From Octopus vulgaris (taxonomy: Eukaryota), in NCBI GenBank assembly GCA_951406725.2, contig OX597832.1, positions 70,432,001 through 70,496,000 of the forward strand: 64,000 nucleotides of DNA, in the 5' to 3' direction. A program made the translations under genes and the position numbers. Of the stretch, positions 1-11,496 are shown piece by piece. How positions within the stretch are numbered: the stretch's first letter is position 1; each line of letters begins with the position of its first letter. Below the pieces are notes generated by a model. That model ran no database searches and had not been told where the DNA came from. It worked only from the letters and a program-made list of their open reading frames with translations.

Positions 1-65
1 CACACTGACGTGCGCGGGCGCGCGGGTGCGTAATATAAATGCATGTGTATATATACGTGTACATG

Positions 66-117
<52 letters not shown>

Positions 118-138
118 TATGTATGTATGTATATATGT

Positions 139-233
139 AACAAAATAAGCAGCAAGGTTATCCAGAGGTAATACATTACGATCGTTTCATGCAACTCCAT
201 TTAATTGAACAAAGCAAACATTACATCAATTTA
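139..233 (-). mobile_element. Degenerate terminal fragment of the hammerhead-bearing (TA)n-inserted repeat family
   Basis: The minus strand reads TTGATGT-AATG...GCAT-GAAA-CGATCG-TA and then GATAACCTTGCTGCTTATTTTG. This terminus matches those at 21131-21155, 37538-37562 and 51240-51265. Confidence 0.55.
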
Positions 234-244
234 CAATATAGAGC

Positions 245-324
<80 letters not shown>

Positions 325-327
<3 letters not shown>

Positions 328-861
328 TTACAAATATTCTTGTCTGTGGAGACTTATTTTTGTAGTAAAAGGAAATAGTAGTCTTTTGGTTGCTATTTCT
401 AATATTTTCGGTATGTGGTTTAAGCAAATTGTTGCAAAAAACTCTTATTATTATAATTATATAAATCTTACCGAATATGGTCATTTTCCATACCGAAATA
501 CTACTAGGTGAAATTTTTTAATTTTATTAAATTAATTATATTTCACCCTATATCTGTAATAACTATATAGACATATATATATAAGCAGAGGCGCGGGCTT
601 CGAAATGTGGTAAGAAGCTTGTTTTCCAACCACATGGTTCCGTGTTCAGTCCCTCTGCGTAGCAACTTAGGCAAGTGTCTTCTACTATAGTACTATAGCC
701 TCGGGCCGACCAAAGCTTTGTGAGTGGATTTGGTAGACGGAAACGACATATATATATATATATATATATAATTTAATAATGAGGGTGATAAATTGAATAT
801 TAATTTAATTAACATCAGTTTAAAACCATTAGTCTAGCATATAGAAAAATCTGAAAATGCA

Positions 862-902
<41 letters not shown>

Positions 903-1309
903 TAAAGGGTGAAATATAATTACTTTAACAAAATCAATAAATTTCACCTAGTAGTATTTTCGGTATGGAAAGGACCATATTCGGTATAAATTTATATAAT
1001 TATAATAAAGGGTTTTTGTGCAACAAGTTGCTTAAACCACATACCGAAAATATTAGAAATAGTAGTCAAAGGGCTACTATTACTATTACTGCAAAAATAA
1101 GTCCCCGCAAAAAACAGCCCTTGTAACTCATATATGGTAGACTGTGTGGTTCGTTGTTTTCCTTCCTTTTTTTACCATATATGAGTTACAAGGGCTGTTG
1201 TTTGCGGAGACTTACTTTTGTAGTAATTGTAATAGTAGCCCTTTGACTGCTATTTCTAATATTTTCGGTATGTGGTTTAAGCAACTTGTTGCACAAAAAC
1301 CCTTTATTA

Positions 1310-1319
<10 letters not shown>
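325..1319. repeat. Fold-back repeat with three arms (325-548, 905-1139, 1173-1319), possibly an inverted Penelope-type pseudo-LTR
   Basis: 993-1139 and 1173-1319 are near-perfect reverse complements around a 33-nt spacer. 325-548 is a more diverged reverse complement of 905-1130. All arms abut (TA)n or (TG)n. Confidence 0.75.
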
Positions 1320-1359
<40 letters not shown>

Positions 1360-1606
1360 TGTGTGTGTGTGAGTGTGTGCGCGCATGTGTATGTATATGT
1401 TTGTGTGTCTGCGTTTGTCCCCCACTTTTGCTTGACAAACGATGTTGATGTGTTTATGACCCTGTAACATAACGGTTCAGCAAGACAACCGATGGAAATT
1501 AGTACTAGACTTACAAAGAATAAGAACCTAGGGTCTGTTTGTCGACTAAAAAGGCGGTACTAGCATGGCCGCAGTCAATTGACTGAAACAAATAAAAGAA
1601 TAAAAG
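589..1606 (+). mobile_element. SINE family A, split copy (5' half 589-744, 3' half ~1400-1606) interrupted at its internal microsatellite
   Basis: Both halves align to the complete copy at 21578-21976: a tRNA-like head with TGTGGTAAG...GTTCAGTCC, and a tail GGCGGT..GCATGGCCGCAGTCAATTGACTGAAAC. Confidence 0.8.
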
Positions 1607-1630
1607 TATATGTATATGTATATATATGTG

Positions 1631-1684
<54 letters not shown>

Positions 1685-1717
1685 TATCTATCTATCTATC
1701 TATATATATATATATAG

Positions 1718-2108
1718 TGATCAAGAAAGTGAATAAGAATGAAATTTCTGTGTGCACAGTTTGTGACAGACCATGCCTTTCATTTGCTGGGCTCAAATCC
1801 CATTTGTGGACCCATGAAACGAACCTGCACCAACAATTCTGCCGACGTGTCTGTGCATAACTTTCTATGCCATGTATGCCGTAAGGTCTACAAATCCAAC
1901 GGAAGCCTCAAAAGACATTTGAAGATCCACAAAGATCAAATCTTGACTGCAGCTCTTCTGGTTGTCTTTTCAAAACATTGTTTGGTTTAAAAAGACCACA
2001 TTAGACGCTGATGGAGTTCAGGTGTACAGAAGATGGTGGGACTCGACATAAGGGGTTGCTAGTTTAGTCGTCGACGACTTGACCATCCAGCAAGTTGTAC
2101 TGGATACG
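1718..2108 (+). mobile_element. Frameshifted fragment with two C2H2 zinc fingers; probably the 3' end of a 5'-truncated RTE-like LINE
   Basis: CTVCDRPCLSFAGLKSHLWTH and CHVCRKVYKSNGSLKRHLKIH lie in two different frames with no TGEKP linker. A short 3' region with the palindrome GTCGTCGACGAC follows, and (TA)n flanks both sides. Confidence 0.55.
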
Positions 2109-2152
<44 letters not shown>

Positions 2153-2159
2153 TACATAC

Positions 2160-2208
<49 letters not shown>

Positions 2209-2394
2209 CAGATACATACATACATACATACATACATACATACATACATACATACATACATACATACATACAAATGGGACAGAGTAAAAACAAAAAGAAA
2301 CTAATTAAAACTGAAGAGAGTTCCTGAGTACAAGTATTGTGTGTGTGTGCGAGCGCGCGCAGATGATTGCGTTTTGGGAGAGCAACAGAAAGAC

Positions 2395-2429
<35 letters not shown>

Positions 2430-2676
2430 GAGATGAGGAAAAATGTGGGATACAGTTTGAAAGATGATGCGGCAATGTAGAAATAGGCGCAGATGTGTCT
2501 CTGTGGTAAGAAGCTTGCTTCGCAACCACATAATTTCGGGTTTAGTCCCACTGCGTGGCACCTTGGGCGAGTGACTAGGGCTGCGAGCCGACTTGTGTGT
2601 GATTTGGTAGACGGAAACTGAAAGAAGCCCGTCGTATATATATATGAAAAGTTGATCATATATATATATATATATA

Positions 2677-5600
2677 AGAAAAAGAAAAAGAAAAATATAA
2701 AAGAAGGAAAAAAAGCGCACTGACCACTCCTGAAAGACGATATGCGGATGTGGTGCGCGGTAACCCAACAAATGGCCAGCTTCACCCAGATGTGAGAAGG
2801 GCAGCAGCTGAACAGCAATCTTTTTTGTGCATGGCACAAAAAATTGTTCAGCAGCTGACCTGGCTACAAGCACAAAGTTGGAACTACCACCACATAAAGC
2901 TACCACCAACAGATGCAGGATGGCCACCGCAGACACCAACACCAACACACACACCACAAAAATATTTATACTGAACGTAGGAGGCTTGCTGCGCGGAAAC
3001 TGTAAAAGGAAAATCTCATTCCTCAGAGACCTTGATGCATGCAATCAAGCTATATGCATGGCACTCACAGAAACGCATCTTGAACCTGATATAGGTGATG
3101 CAGAAATACACATGCCGCATTATGCAGTCATACGCACAGATAGAAAAGGGAGGAGCCATGGTGGAGTTGCAATGTACATCCGAGATGACTTCACGCCCCA
3201 GGTCCTGTTGTCATATTCAAACTCAGTGTGTGAAACTCAAATTGCACACATAAGACAACTGAATATCGTCATATGCACTACATATCGCCCACCAGATGCC
3301 CCAAATCACTCAGGCATGTTTGAAGACTGCCTAACAAAAATAGGAGAAGTCCTCACCAACCTTGTATTCTTCATGGGTGACTTTAACTTCCCCAATGTGG
3401 AATGGCCTGTGGGGCAGATGCTCTCAGGGATGACACACCATCAGCAGGCACAGGCAGAGTCCCTGCTCCATCTCACAAATGCCTCTTTCATGGAGCAAAT
3501 AGTTCTGCAACCAACTAGGGCAGATAATATACTGGATCTCTGCTTCACAAACAATATGAATATTATCCATAATGTTAATGTGATGCCGACAATTATCTCG
3601 AATCACAACATAATAGAGCAGTCTATGTATGGACCAAAAGCCCCCGTAGACACACAGCCTATACGAAGCATCCACCATCTCTCCAACTTAAATTTCATAA
3701 AGCAAACTGGAAGTTGATTGAGAAAGAGATCCTCAAACAGGATTGGCCTAAATGTCTCTCCACACCGGACATTAACATGAAACACAAACACTTCATGTCC
3801 ATAATACAAGCCATATGTGACAAATATGTCCCAGTGTGCAGGGCCAGCACACACAAAAACAAAAACAGGATCCCTAGAGAAAGGAAGATTCTTATGAGAC
3901 GACGGACAAGGATTGCGAACCGCCTGAGTAAGCACACCAAAAGTGGTGAGAAGTCTCGGCTCTAGAGAATGCTAATGGAAATTGAGAAAAGTCTGCATCA
4001 GTCCCAGGAAAAGGAGAGAGCAGATAAAGAAGCTTGGGTAATAGAAAATATAAAATCAAACTCTAAAGCTTTCTTTAAGTTTACCAAAGATAGAGCCACA
4101 GTGCACCAGAGAATAGGACCTCTCATCCAAAAAGATGGCTCTCTCACAGGTAATCCCACGAGGATAAGTGAAATACTGAACGAACAATTCCAAAGTGTGT
4201 TCACTACACCTCTAGGACACAGGCAAGTAAACAACCCAGAAGAATTCTTTGCCACTTTACCTGCGGCCAAAGCGGCAAAAATTGAGTACATCAACATCGA
4301 AGATGATGATATCACACTAACCATAGATGAGATTGACACAAACTCAGCTGCTGGACCTGATGGATTCCCAGCGATCCTTCTCAAATCGTGCAAACGAGCC
4401 CTTGCAAAACTGCTACAGCTTCTTTTTCAGAGCTTTCTTGCAAGTGGTAAGCTCCCAGTCAAATTGAAGGATGGGGTAATATTCCCTATCCATAAGGGAG
4501 GTAGCAGAGCAGATGCTAAAAATTATAGGCCTATCTCTCTGACCTCACACATCAGCAAAGTTATGGAACGAATAGTCCGTAAGAAACTAATCATGTTCCT
4601 TGAAGAAAATGACTTGCTGTCTGACACCCAGCATGGATTTCGACCAGGTAGAAGCTGCCTAACACAGCTCCTGCAACACTATGACTGGTTGTTGAAACAG
4701 CTACTAAATGGCTCAAATGTGGATGTAATATATCTCGACTTTGCAAAAGCCTTTGATAAAGTCGACCAAGGTATGATCTGTCACAAACTGCGTGGTCTCG
4801 GCATAGGCGGAAAACTTGGAGAGTGGCTGCACAACTTCCTAAAAGACAGAAGACAGGCAGTTGTGAGAAATGGAGCCACCTCCAAGGAAACACAAATAAC
4901 AAGCGGTGTCCCACAGGGCACTGTCTTGAGGCCACTGATGTTCATAGTGGCCCTTTCAGACATGCTTTCAGTTGCTACGATGGCCACCCTTGCTAGCTAT
5001 GCAGATGACACAAAAGTCTCCCACACAATACAAAACCCTGAAAATATTGCGCATCTGCAACAGGAGTTGGACACAATATACAGGTGGGCTGCAGCTTAAT
5101 GCAGGTACGCTCCAGGCCCTGCGCTACCGGCACACAAACGTAAACGATGTACAGACTGTATACACTGGCCCAGGAAGAATTGCAATCCCTGAGTCAAAAT
5201 CAGTGCCTGACCTGGGCATTGACATGAGTAATGATGCATCTTTCCAAGTGCATATTACTAATCTGGTGATAAAATGCAGACGGCTAACTGGATGGATTCT
5301 CCGAACTTTCAGAACAAGAGAGAAGGAGACACTGATGGTCCTGTAGATAACTTTCGTCCTCAGTCGCTTGGACTACTGCTCCCAACTGTGGTCACCACAC
5401 AATATAAAATTAAAAGCAGAACTCGAAGCAATTCAAAGAAGCTACACAAAGAAGATCGTCTCAATGCAAAATATCAGCTACTGGGAAAGACTGAAAGTAT
5501 TAAACCTCTTCTCCCTAGAGCGGAGGCGGGAGAGATATGCGGTGATATACATCTGGAAAATCCTGGAGGGTCTTGTCCCAAACTTTGGCATTCAAAGTTA

Positions 5601-5974
5601 CCCCAACCGCAGAACGGGGTGCCACTGCATTGTGCCAAAGATTCCAACATCACCATCAAAATACAGGTCCAGATACTGCAACAGCTTGGGTTTCAGAGGA
5701 CCACAGCTCTTTAACATCCTCCCTAAATGCCTGAGAGACTTACATGGTGTGGATGTGGGTTTCTTTAAAACTAAACTGGATCTCTTCTTGTCGGGAGTCC
5801 CAGATGAACCTACCTCACGTCAGGAGACGCAGATGCGGGCAGCAGCATCGAACTCCCTTGTTGATCAAGTGCCACGTATCAGAGGTGGATTCACATATTA
5901 GTGTAGCTCATTCAGCGGTGGTGCCCCAGCATGGCCGCGGCCTTCGGGCTGAAACATTTTTAAGGATTTAAGGA
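2677..5974 (+). mobile_element. CR1-group non-LTR retrotransposon (ORF1 C-terminal remnant plus APE-RT ORF2), 5'-truncated and inactive
   Basis: APE motifs: LTETHL, YRPP, GDFNFP, PTR..NILDL. RT motifs: QHGFRPGRSC, YLDFAKAFDKV, SGVPQG, YADDTK. C-terminal SLERRRERY. The 3' end is a hairpin plus (TTTAAGGA)2. Confidence 0.93.
2920..5901 (+). pseudogene. Disrupted LINE ORF2 (endonuclease-reverse transcriptase)
   Basis: It is assembled from ORFs 2827-3717, 3714-3965, 3969-5099, 4972-5346 and 5368-5901. Frameshifts occur near 3710 and 5097, and stops at 3963-3965 and 5344-5346. Confidence 0.9.
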
Positions 5975-6014
5975 TATATATATATATATATGTATGTATA
6001 TATATCTACCTGTT

Positions 6015-6076
<62 letters not shown>

Positions 6077-6128
6077 TAGACAGATGAATAGATAGGTAGG
6101 TAGTAAGACAGAGAGACAGACAGTCTAC

Positions 6129-6207
<79 letters not shown>

Positions 6208-6552
6208 AAAAAACTTATTTGTTCCCCTCCATCGCTTGACAACCGATGTTAGTGTGTTTACATCCACGTAACTTAGCGGTTTGATAAAAGAGACAGATAG
6301 AATAAGTACTACTCTTACACAGAATAAATCCTGGGGTCGATTCGTTCGACTAAAGGCGGTGCTCCAGCATGGCTGTTGTCAAATGACTGAAACAAAAGAA
6401 TAAAAGAACAAATAAACTTTAGAAAAGTAGTAACAGAGATATGACAGATCTCTCTTTCTCACTGTCACTTTCTTTCTCTCTCTTTTTCTGTCTGTCTGTC
6501 TCTCTCTCTTTCTCTCTCTCTCTCCATAGATAAATAAATATATATACATATA

Positions 6553-6603
<51 letters not shown>

Positions 6604-6652
6604 GTATGTATACGCACACACATATGTATGTCTGTACGTATGTAAGCGCTTA

Positions 6653-6723
<71 letters not shown>

Positions 6724-6982
6724 GAGACAAGTAAAGAGAAGAGTATGAGATGCAAGAAGATGGAAAGATATTATTTAAGGTAGTTGAGTAATGGCGAAGG
6801 AACTTAGGCAAAAAAGAAACAGAAAAGAAACAGATAGAAAGAAGGAAAGAAATAAAAAAAGAAAGAAACATCAAGAGAAGAGAGATAATATAACGGGAAT
6901 AAGGTAGTTATAGATGATAGAATCAGGGAGGGACGTTAGAGTGATGGAAAGACATAACAGAGAAGATGAACAAGTGAATCAC

Positions 6983-7020
<38 letters not shown>

Positions 7021-7025
<5 letters not shown>

Positions 7026-7198
7026 TGAATGGATATATATATATTATTTTATATATATATATATAATATAATATAATATAAAATATCTATCTATCTATAT
7101 ATATATATATATATATATAGATAGATAGATAGATATTTTATATTATATTATATTATATATATATATATAAAATAATATATATATATCCATTCATCCAT
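7021..7198. repeat. Near-perfect ~178-bp palindrome centred on (TA)n
   Basis: It starts ATGGATGAATGGATAT and ends ATATCCATTCATCCAT. Internal irregularities (TATTATTTT/AAAATAATA, TAAAATATCT/AGATATTTTA) are mirrored. Confidence 0.85.
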
Positions 7199-7201
7199 AG
7201 G

Positions 7202-7242
<41 letters not shown>

Positions 7243-7346
7243 GGATAGATATGTTTTCTTTATTAGCCACACAGGGCTGCACACAGATAGAACAAATTAC
7301 AAGGTAGAGCTTTTCTTTTGAAGGTTTAAAAAAAAAAAAATAGATG

Positions 7347-7461
<115 letters not shown>

Positions 7462-7497
7462 GGATAGACAGATAGACACACAGGTAGACAGACAGAC

Positions 7498-7575
<78 letters not shown>

Positions 7576-7676
7576 GTGGTCAGACAGACAGACAGAGTAT
7601 TTGATAGATAGATCGATAGATAGATAGACAGATGAATAGATAGGTAGGTAGTAAGACAGAGAGACAGACAGTCTAC

Positions 7677-7800
<124 letters not shown>

Positions 7801-9635
7801 GAGATATATTTAGTGATGGATTGACATAACGAAGCGCATGTGTGCATATATATTTATATATATATTTGTTTGTATGATAGAATGTGAGAGAGAGAAAAAG
7901 GCAAAGATTTGGACAGGAGTAGCGAGAGGTGTGTTTGTGAGGCAGTTGCATTAAAGGTAAACGACATTAAGTAAAAATTTCAGTAGCACTACAAGCACCG
8001 ACACTACCACAACACACACACATATACACACACACACACGCACACACACACACATTCAGATTCACCCATCTATATATATATATATATATACATATATATA
8101 TACACACTTATATATGTATGTAGATATATATTTATGTATATAAATATATACATATATATCCATAACATCCTCACACACGCATATATACATACATACATAC
8201 ATACATACATACATACATACATACATACATACATACATACATACACCCACACATACATACAGCCACCACCACCGTCACAACCAACATGACATACACGAGT
8301 TGAAAAAAACAGCTTTTACCTGAAACGGCCATCACTACGGTGGCAGCTATGGATTTATACATTAATTACAGCAGAACAATTACCAACTACCACCACAGCC
8401 ATAACATGTTTTCACACCTCAACGCGACCTACCGATCAGCACGACGTGGGCCAACGAGGGAACGTCAGGAAATAGCACCGAGATGTGCCTGAAAACACAT
8501 CCCCGTGCCGTCTACGAAAAGGACGCTTATCACTGGATAATGTGACGCCGGGTATCTGGTACACAGGGAAGGCCTAAAGAAAAAGCAAGAGAAAAACAAG
8601 GTGAAGATTGTCAAAATGTTTAACGATGGACGTGTTAGATGAAGAGGAACAGTAGAAGAGAGGTAAACCACAAGCACCACCATATCAACATGTGTCACAG
8701 CACATGTCACACTTCAAGTCACATCAGAAACATTACATGCTGGTCACCATGTCACAACATCACAACAAAGTAACGTTGTAGAAAAGAAGACTACAAGAGA
8801 AAGCCACCGCCACAACTCGGCCATTGGATCACGTCGCCAAAAAGGAAGGAAGAAAAGATACTCTAGAAGACGACGTAGTTATTTGTGAGAGAGAAAGAAA
8901 AAAAGACAAAATAAATACAAAACAAAATTTTAAAAAACAAAACAGAGAAGAACAATATGTTCTCATAACTAGATTGCGTTCGATGAGAGGTGCAAGGTGA
9001 GGGCAGGCCTGGGGCTAAACAACGGCAATAACAACACCGACAGCAGAAGCACAACGAGAGCCAGAGAGACCTTGGACGTGCTGGAAATAGAAGCTAAATC
9101 TTCTTGCTCGCTTGAGAAAAGAAATGAAAATATTGGTCTAGGTTTTCTCTCCTAAAGGGGTAGAATGGTCACGGCTGGAGTGTCTTTGATTATAGGTCTG
9201 CAGATACCCATAACTGAACGGGAGCTAAGTAATGCTACAGGATACACAATAACAACACGATTCGCCACTTCGCCACACAATTTCACAACGCAATACTAAC
9301 ATCACAACACAACATTCCACAAAAGAACACAACGCTTCACATCACAACGGAATAACCCAACACAACGCAACCCCACAATACGGTACACAACACACACACA
9401 CACACCACAGCTAGTACATGACACTACCTCGCATTAACCATGCACTACCATACTACAACGAAGTACATGAAAGCACCACACGGTACTATACAGTTATATA
9501 AACCAAATAAGCCATACAACACGAGACACTATACAACAACGCACCTGCCTACATACACCTGGACACAAACATAACATGTACAACCCTCTAACTCACTTGA
9601 AAAATATATTTTATCTGGCTCTCGCTTCTATCCAT

Positions 9636-9694
<59 letters not shown>

Positions 9695-9798
9695 CTTACC
9701 ATTCTACCTGCTTGCTTGTCTACTTGTCTGTCTCTAATCCATATACCCATTCATCTGTTTATCTACCTATCGATTTACCTATTTATCTAACTACCTGT

Positions 9799-9849
<51 letters not shown>

Positions 9850-10405
9850 TATATATATATATATGTCTCTGTGTGCCTACCTGTCTATCTACCTGATACT
9901 ATACCTCATTCAACTGTGACCCCTGAAACCTCAGGTAAGAAGGAAAGCAAAGACGAACGCCGTTCCTGCTGGCTTGTTCACTGATTGGCTGTCTGGCTGC
10001 CTGGTTGGCTGGCTGACTGGTTGGCTGACCGGTGAGCTGGTAGGTGTGGTGGGTTGGCTGAGTGATTCGCTGGCAGGCTGGCTGGTTGGTATGTTGGCTT
10101 CGGTAGAGAGGTACAGAGAGAGACGAAGAAGGAGTGAGTGTCTGAGTGTGTGAGAGTGGGAGAGTGAGCGTGAGTGAGTGTGAGAGAGAGAGAGTGAGGA
10201 GTGATCTAGCATCTCGCTAGTGCAGCGAACATCGAAATACTATCATCGGAAGCTGATCTACCGCTACTTTCACGTCTCTTCTGTTTTAAGAGTTTAGCTA
10301 AAAGCAGCGAACGTTCTACCTGGCCTGCCTCTCTGCTGCCTCTGTACATACATATACATAACATATATACACACATACATATATATATATATAAATACAT
10401 CTGTA

Positions 10406-10453
<48 letters not shown>

Positions 10454-10467
10454 CATATATATATTTC

Positions 10468-10540
<73 letters not shown>

Positions 10541-11496
10541 ACTTACATACTTTTATGCAGAAAAAGTTAACAGCACGAGCTTCCCTCAGAAAAGTCTAAG
10601 AGTAAAGAAAAGCTTCTTTCGACAGACAAGAAAAGATAAAAAAAGATTTAAAAAAAGACATAAGAGAGAAAAGTAACTTTAGAACAGCAGCATCACTATA
10701 TCGCATCATCATCATCATCACCAACAACAAAAACACCTACAACATAACTTGTGTCTAATTCCAATCTTTCCATCTCTTTATATATAATTTGTTATTTTTA
10801 CCAAGTATCGGTGTTAGTGGTAGGGGATATTTTTTTATATATTATCCCTCTTGTTTTTTGGCATTTCTTTCTTCTACTTAATCTTTTTGTTTTCGGGATT
10901 TTGTTTTCTTCTTTCTTTCTCTTCTTTTCATTTTTTTTTTGTTCTAAACTTTTTGATATCAACTGGTAAAGATTTTTGGAGTGTTTTTGCAGAGGTTTAT
11001 TCTCTTTTCTTCTTTCCTACCTTCTTTCTTTTTCACATACATATACAGATATATATATAAATATATATATATATTTATAAATATATATATATGTGTGCAC
11101 GTGTGTGTGTGTGTGTATATGTATCTATATCTATATATCTATATATATATATAGGTATACAATTATGTATTGTGTATTTGTTAGTCATATAGATGTTAGC
11201 GATATAAATTTCCAAATTTATTAATAACAAAACCGATAACAATCTTATTTAAATATCATTGATTAATAAATGAATTAATGAGTAAAATAAGAAGTATAAA
11301 GATAACAAAAAAAAATTCTTTATAATAGTTAAAACAATGATTTTTCCACAAAATTATCTATAAAAATAAACCAATAATAATTATTATTGCATTCTAACTA
11401 TATTTATAATTATCAATAATAACTGTAATTGTGATTTTGCTAAACTCTGCTATTCTAAGCCAAAGACTGACTGATTGTGGAAGTGTACGGAGCGGC

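Larger units (their letters stand above)
2486..6408 (+). mobile_element. SINE family A, split copy (5' half 2486-2634, 3' half ~6217-6408) hosting the CR1-type LINE
   Basis: The halves are collinear with 21578-21976. The break falls at the SINE's internal (TA)n/(TG)n tract. Confidence 0.8.

Noticed and set aside
469-512. CCGAATATGG...CCATACCGAAATAC, hammerhead-like; similar weak cases at 28725-28780 and 58622
   Set aside because: The core nucleotides and helix I cannot be assigned without several mismatches.
9960-10340. Possible PKDCC promoter (reverse CCAAT box CTGATTGGCT at 9981-9990, GA/GT-rich tract)
   Set aside because: The position is plausible, but one short motif without transcript data is not enough.
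11431-11496. GTG-initiated N-terminal extension of the kinase ORF
   Set aside because: In a eukaryote the first ATG (11497) directly precedes the signal/anchor segment, so the extension is unnecessary.
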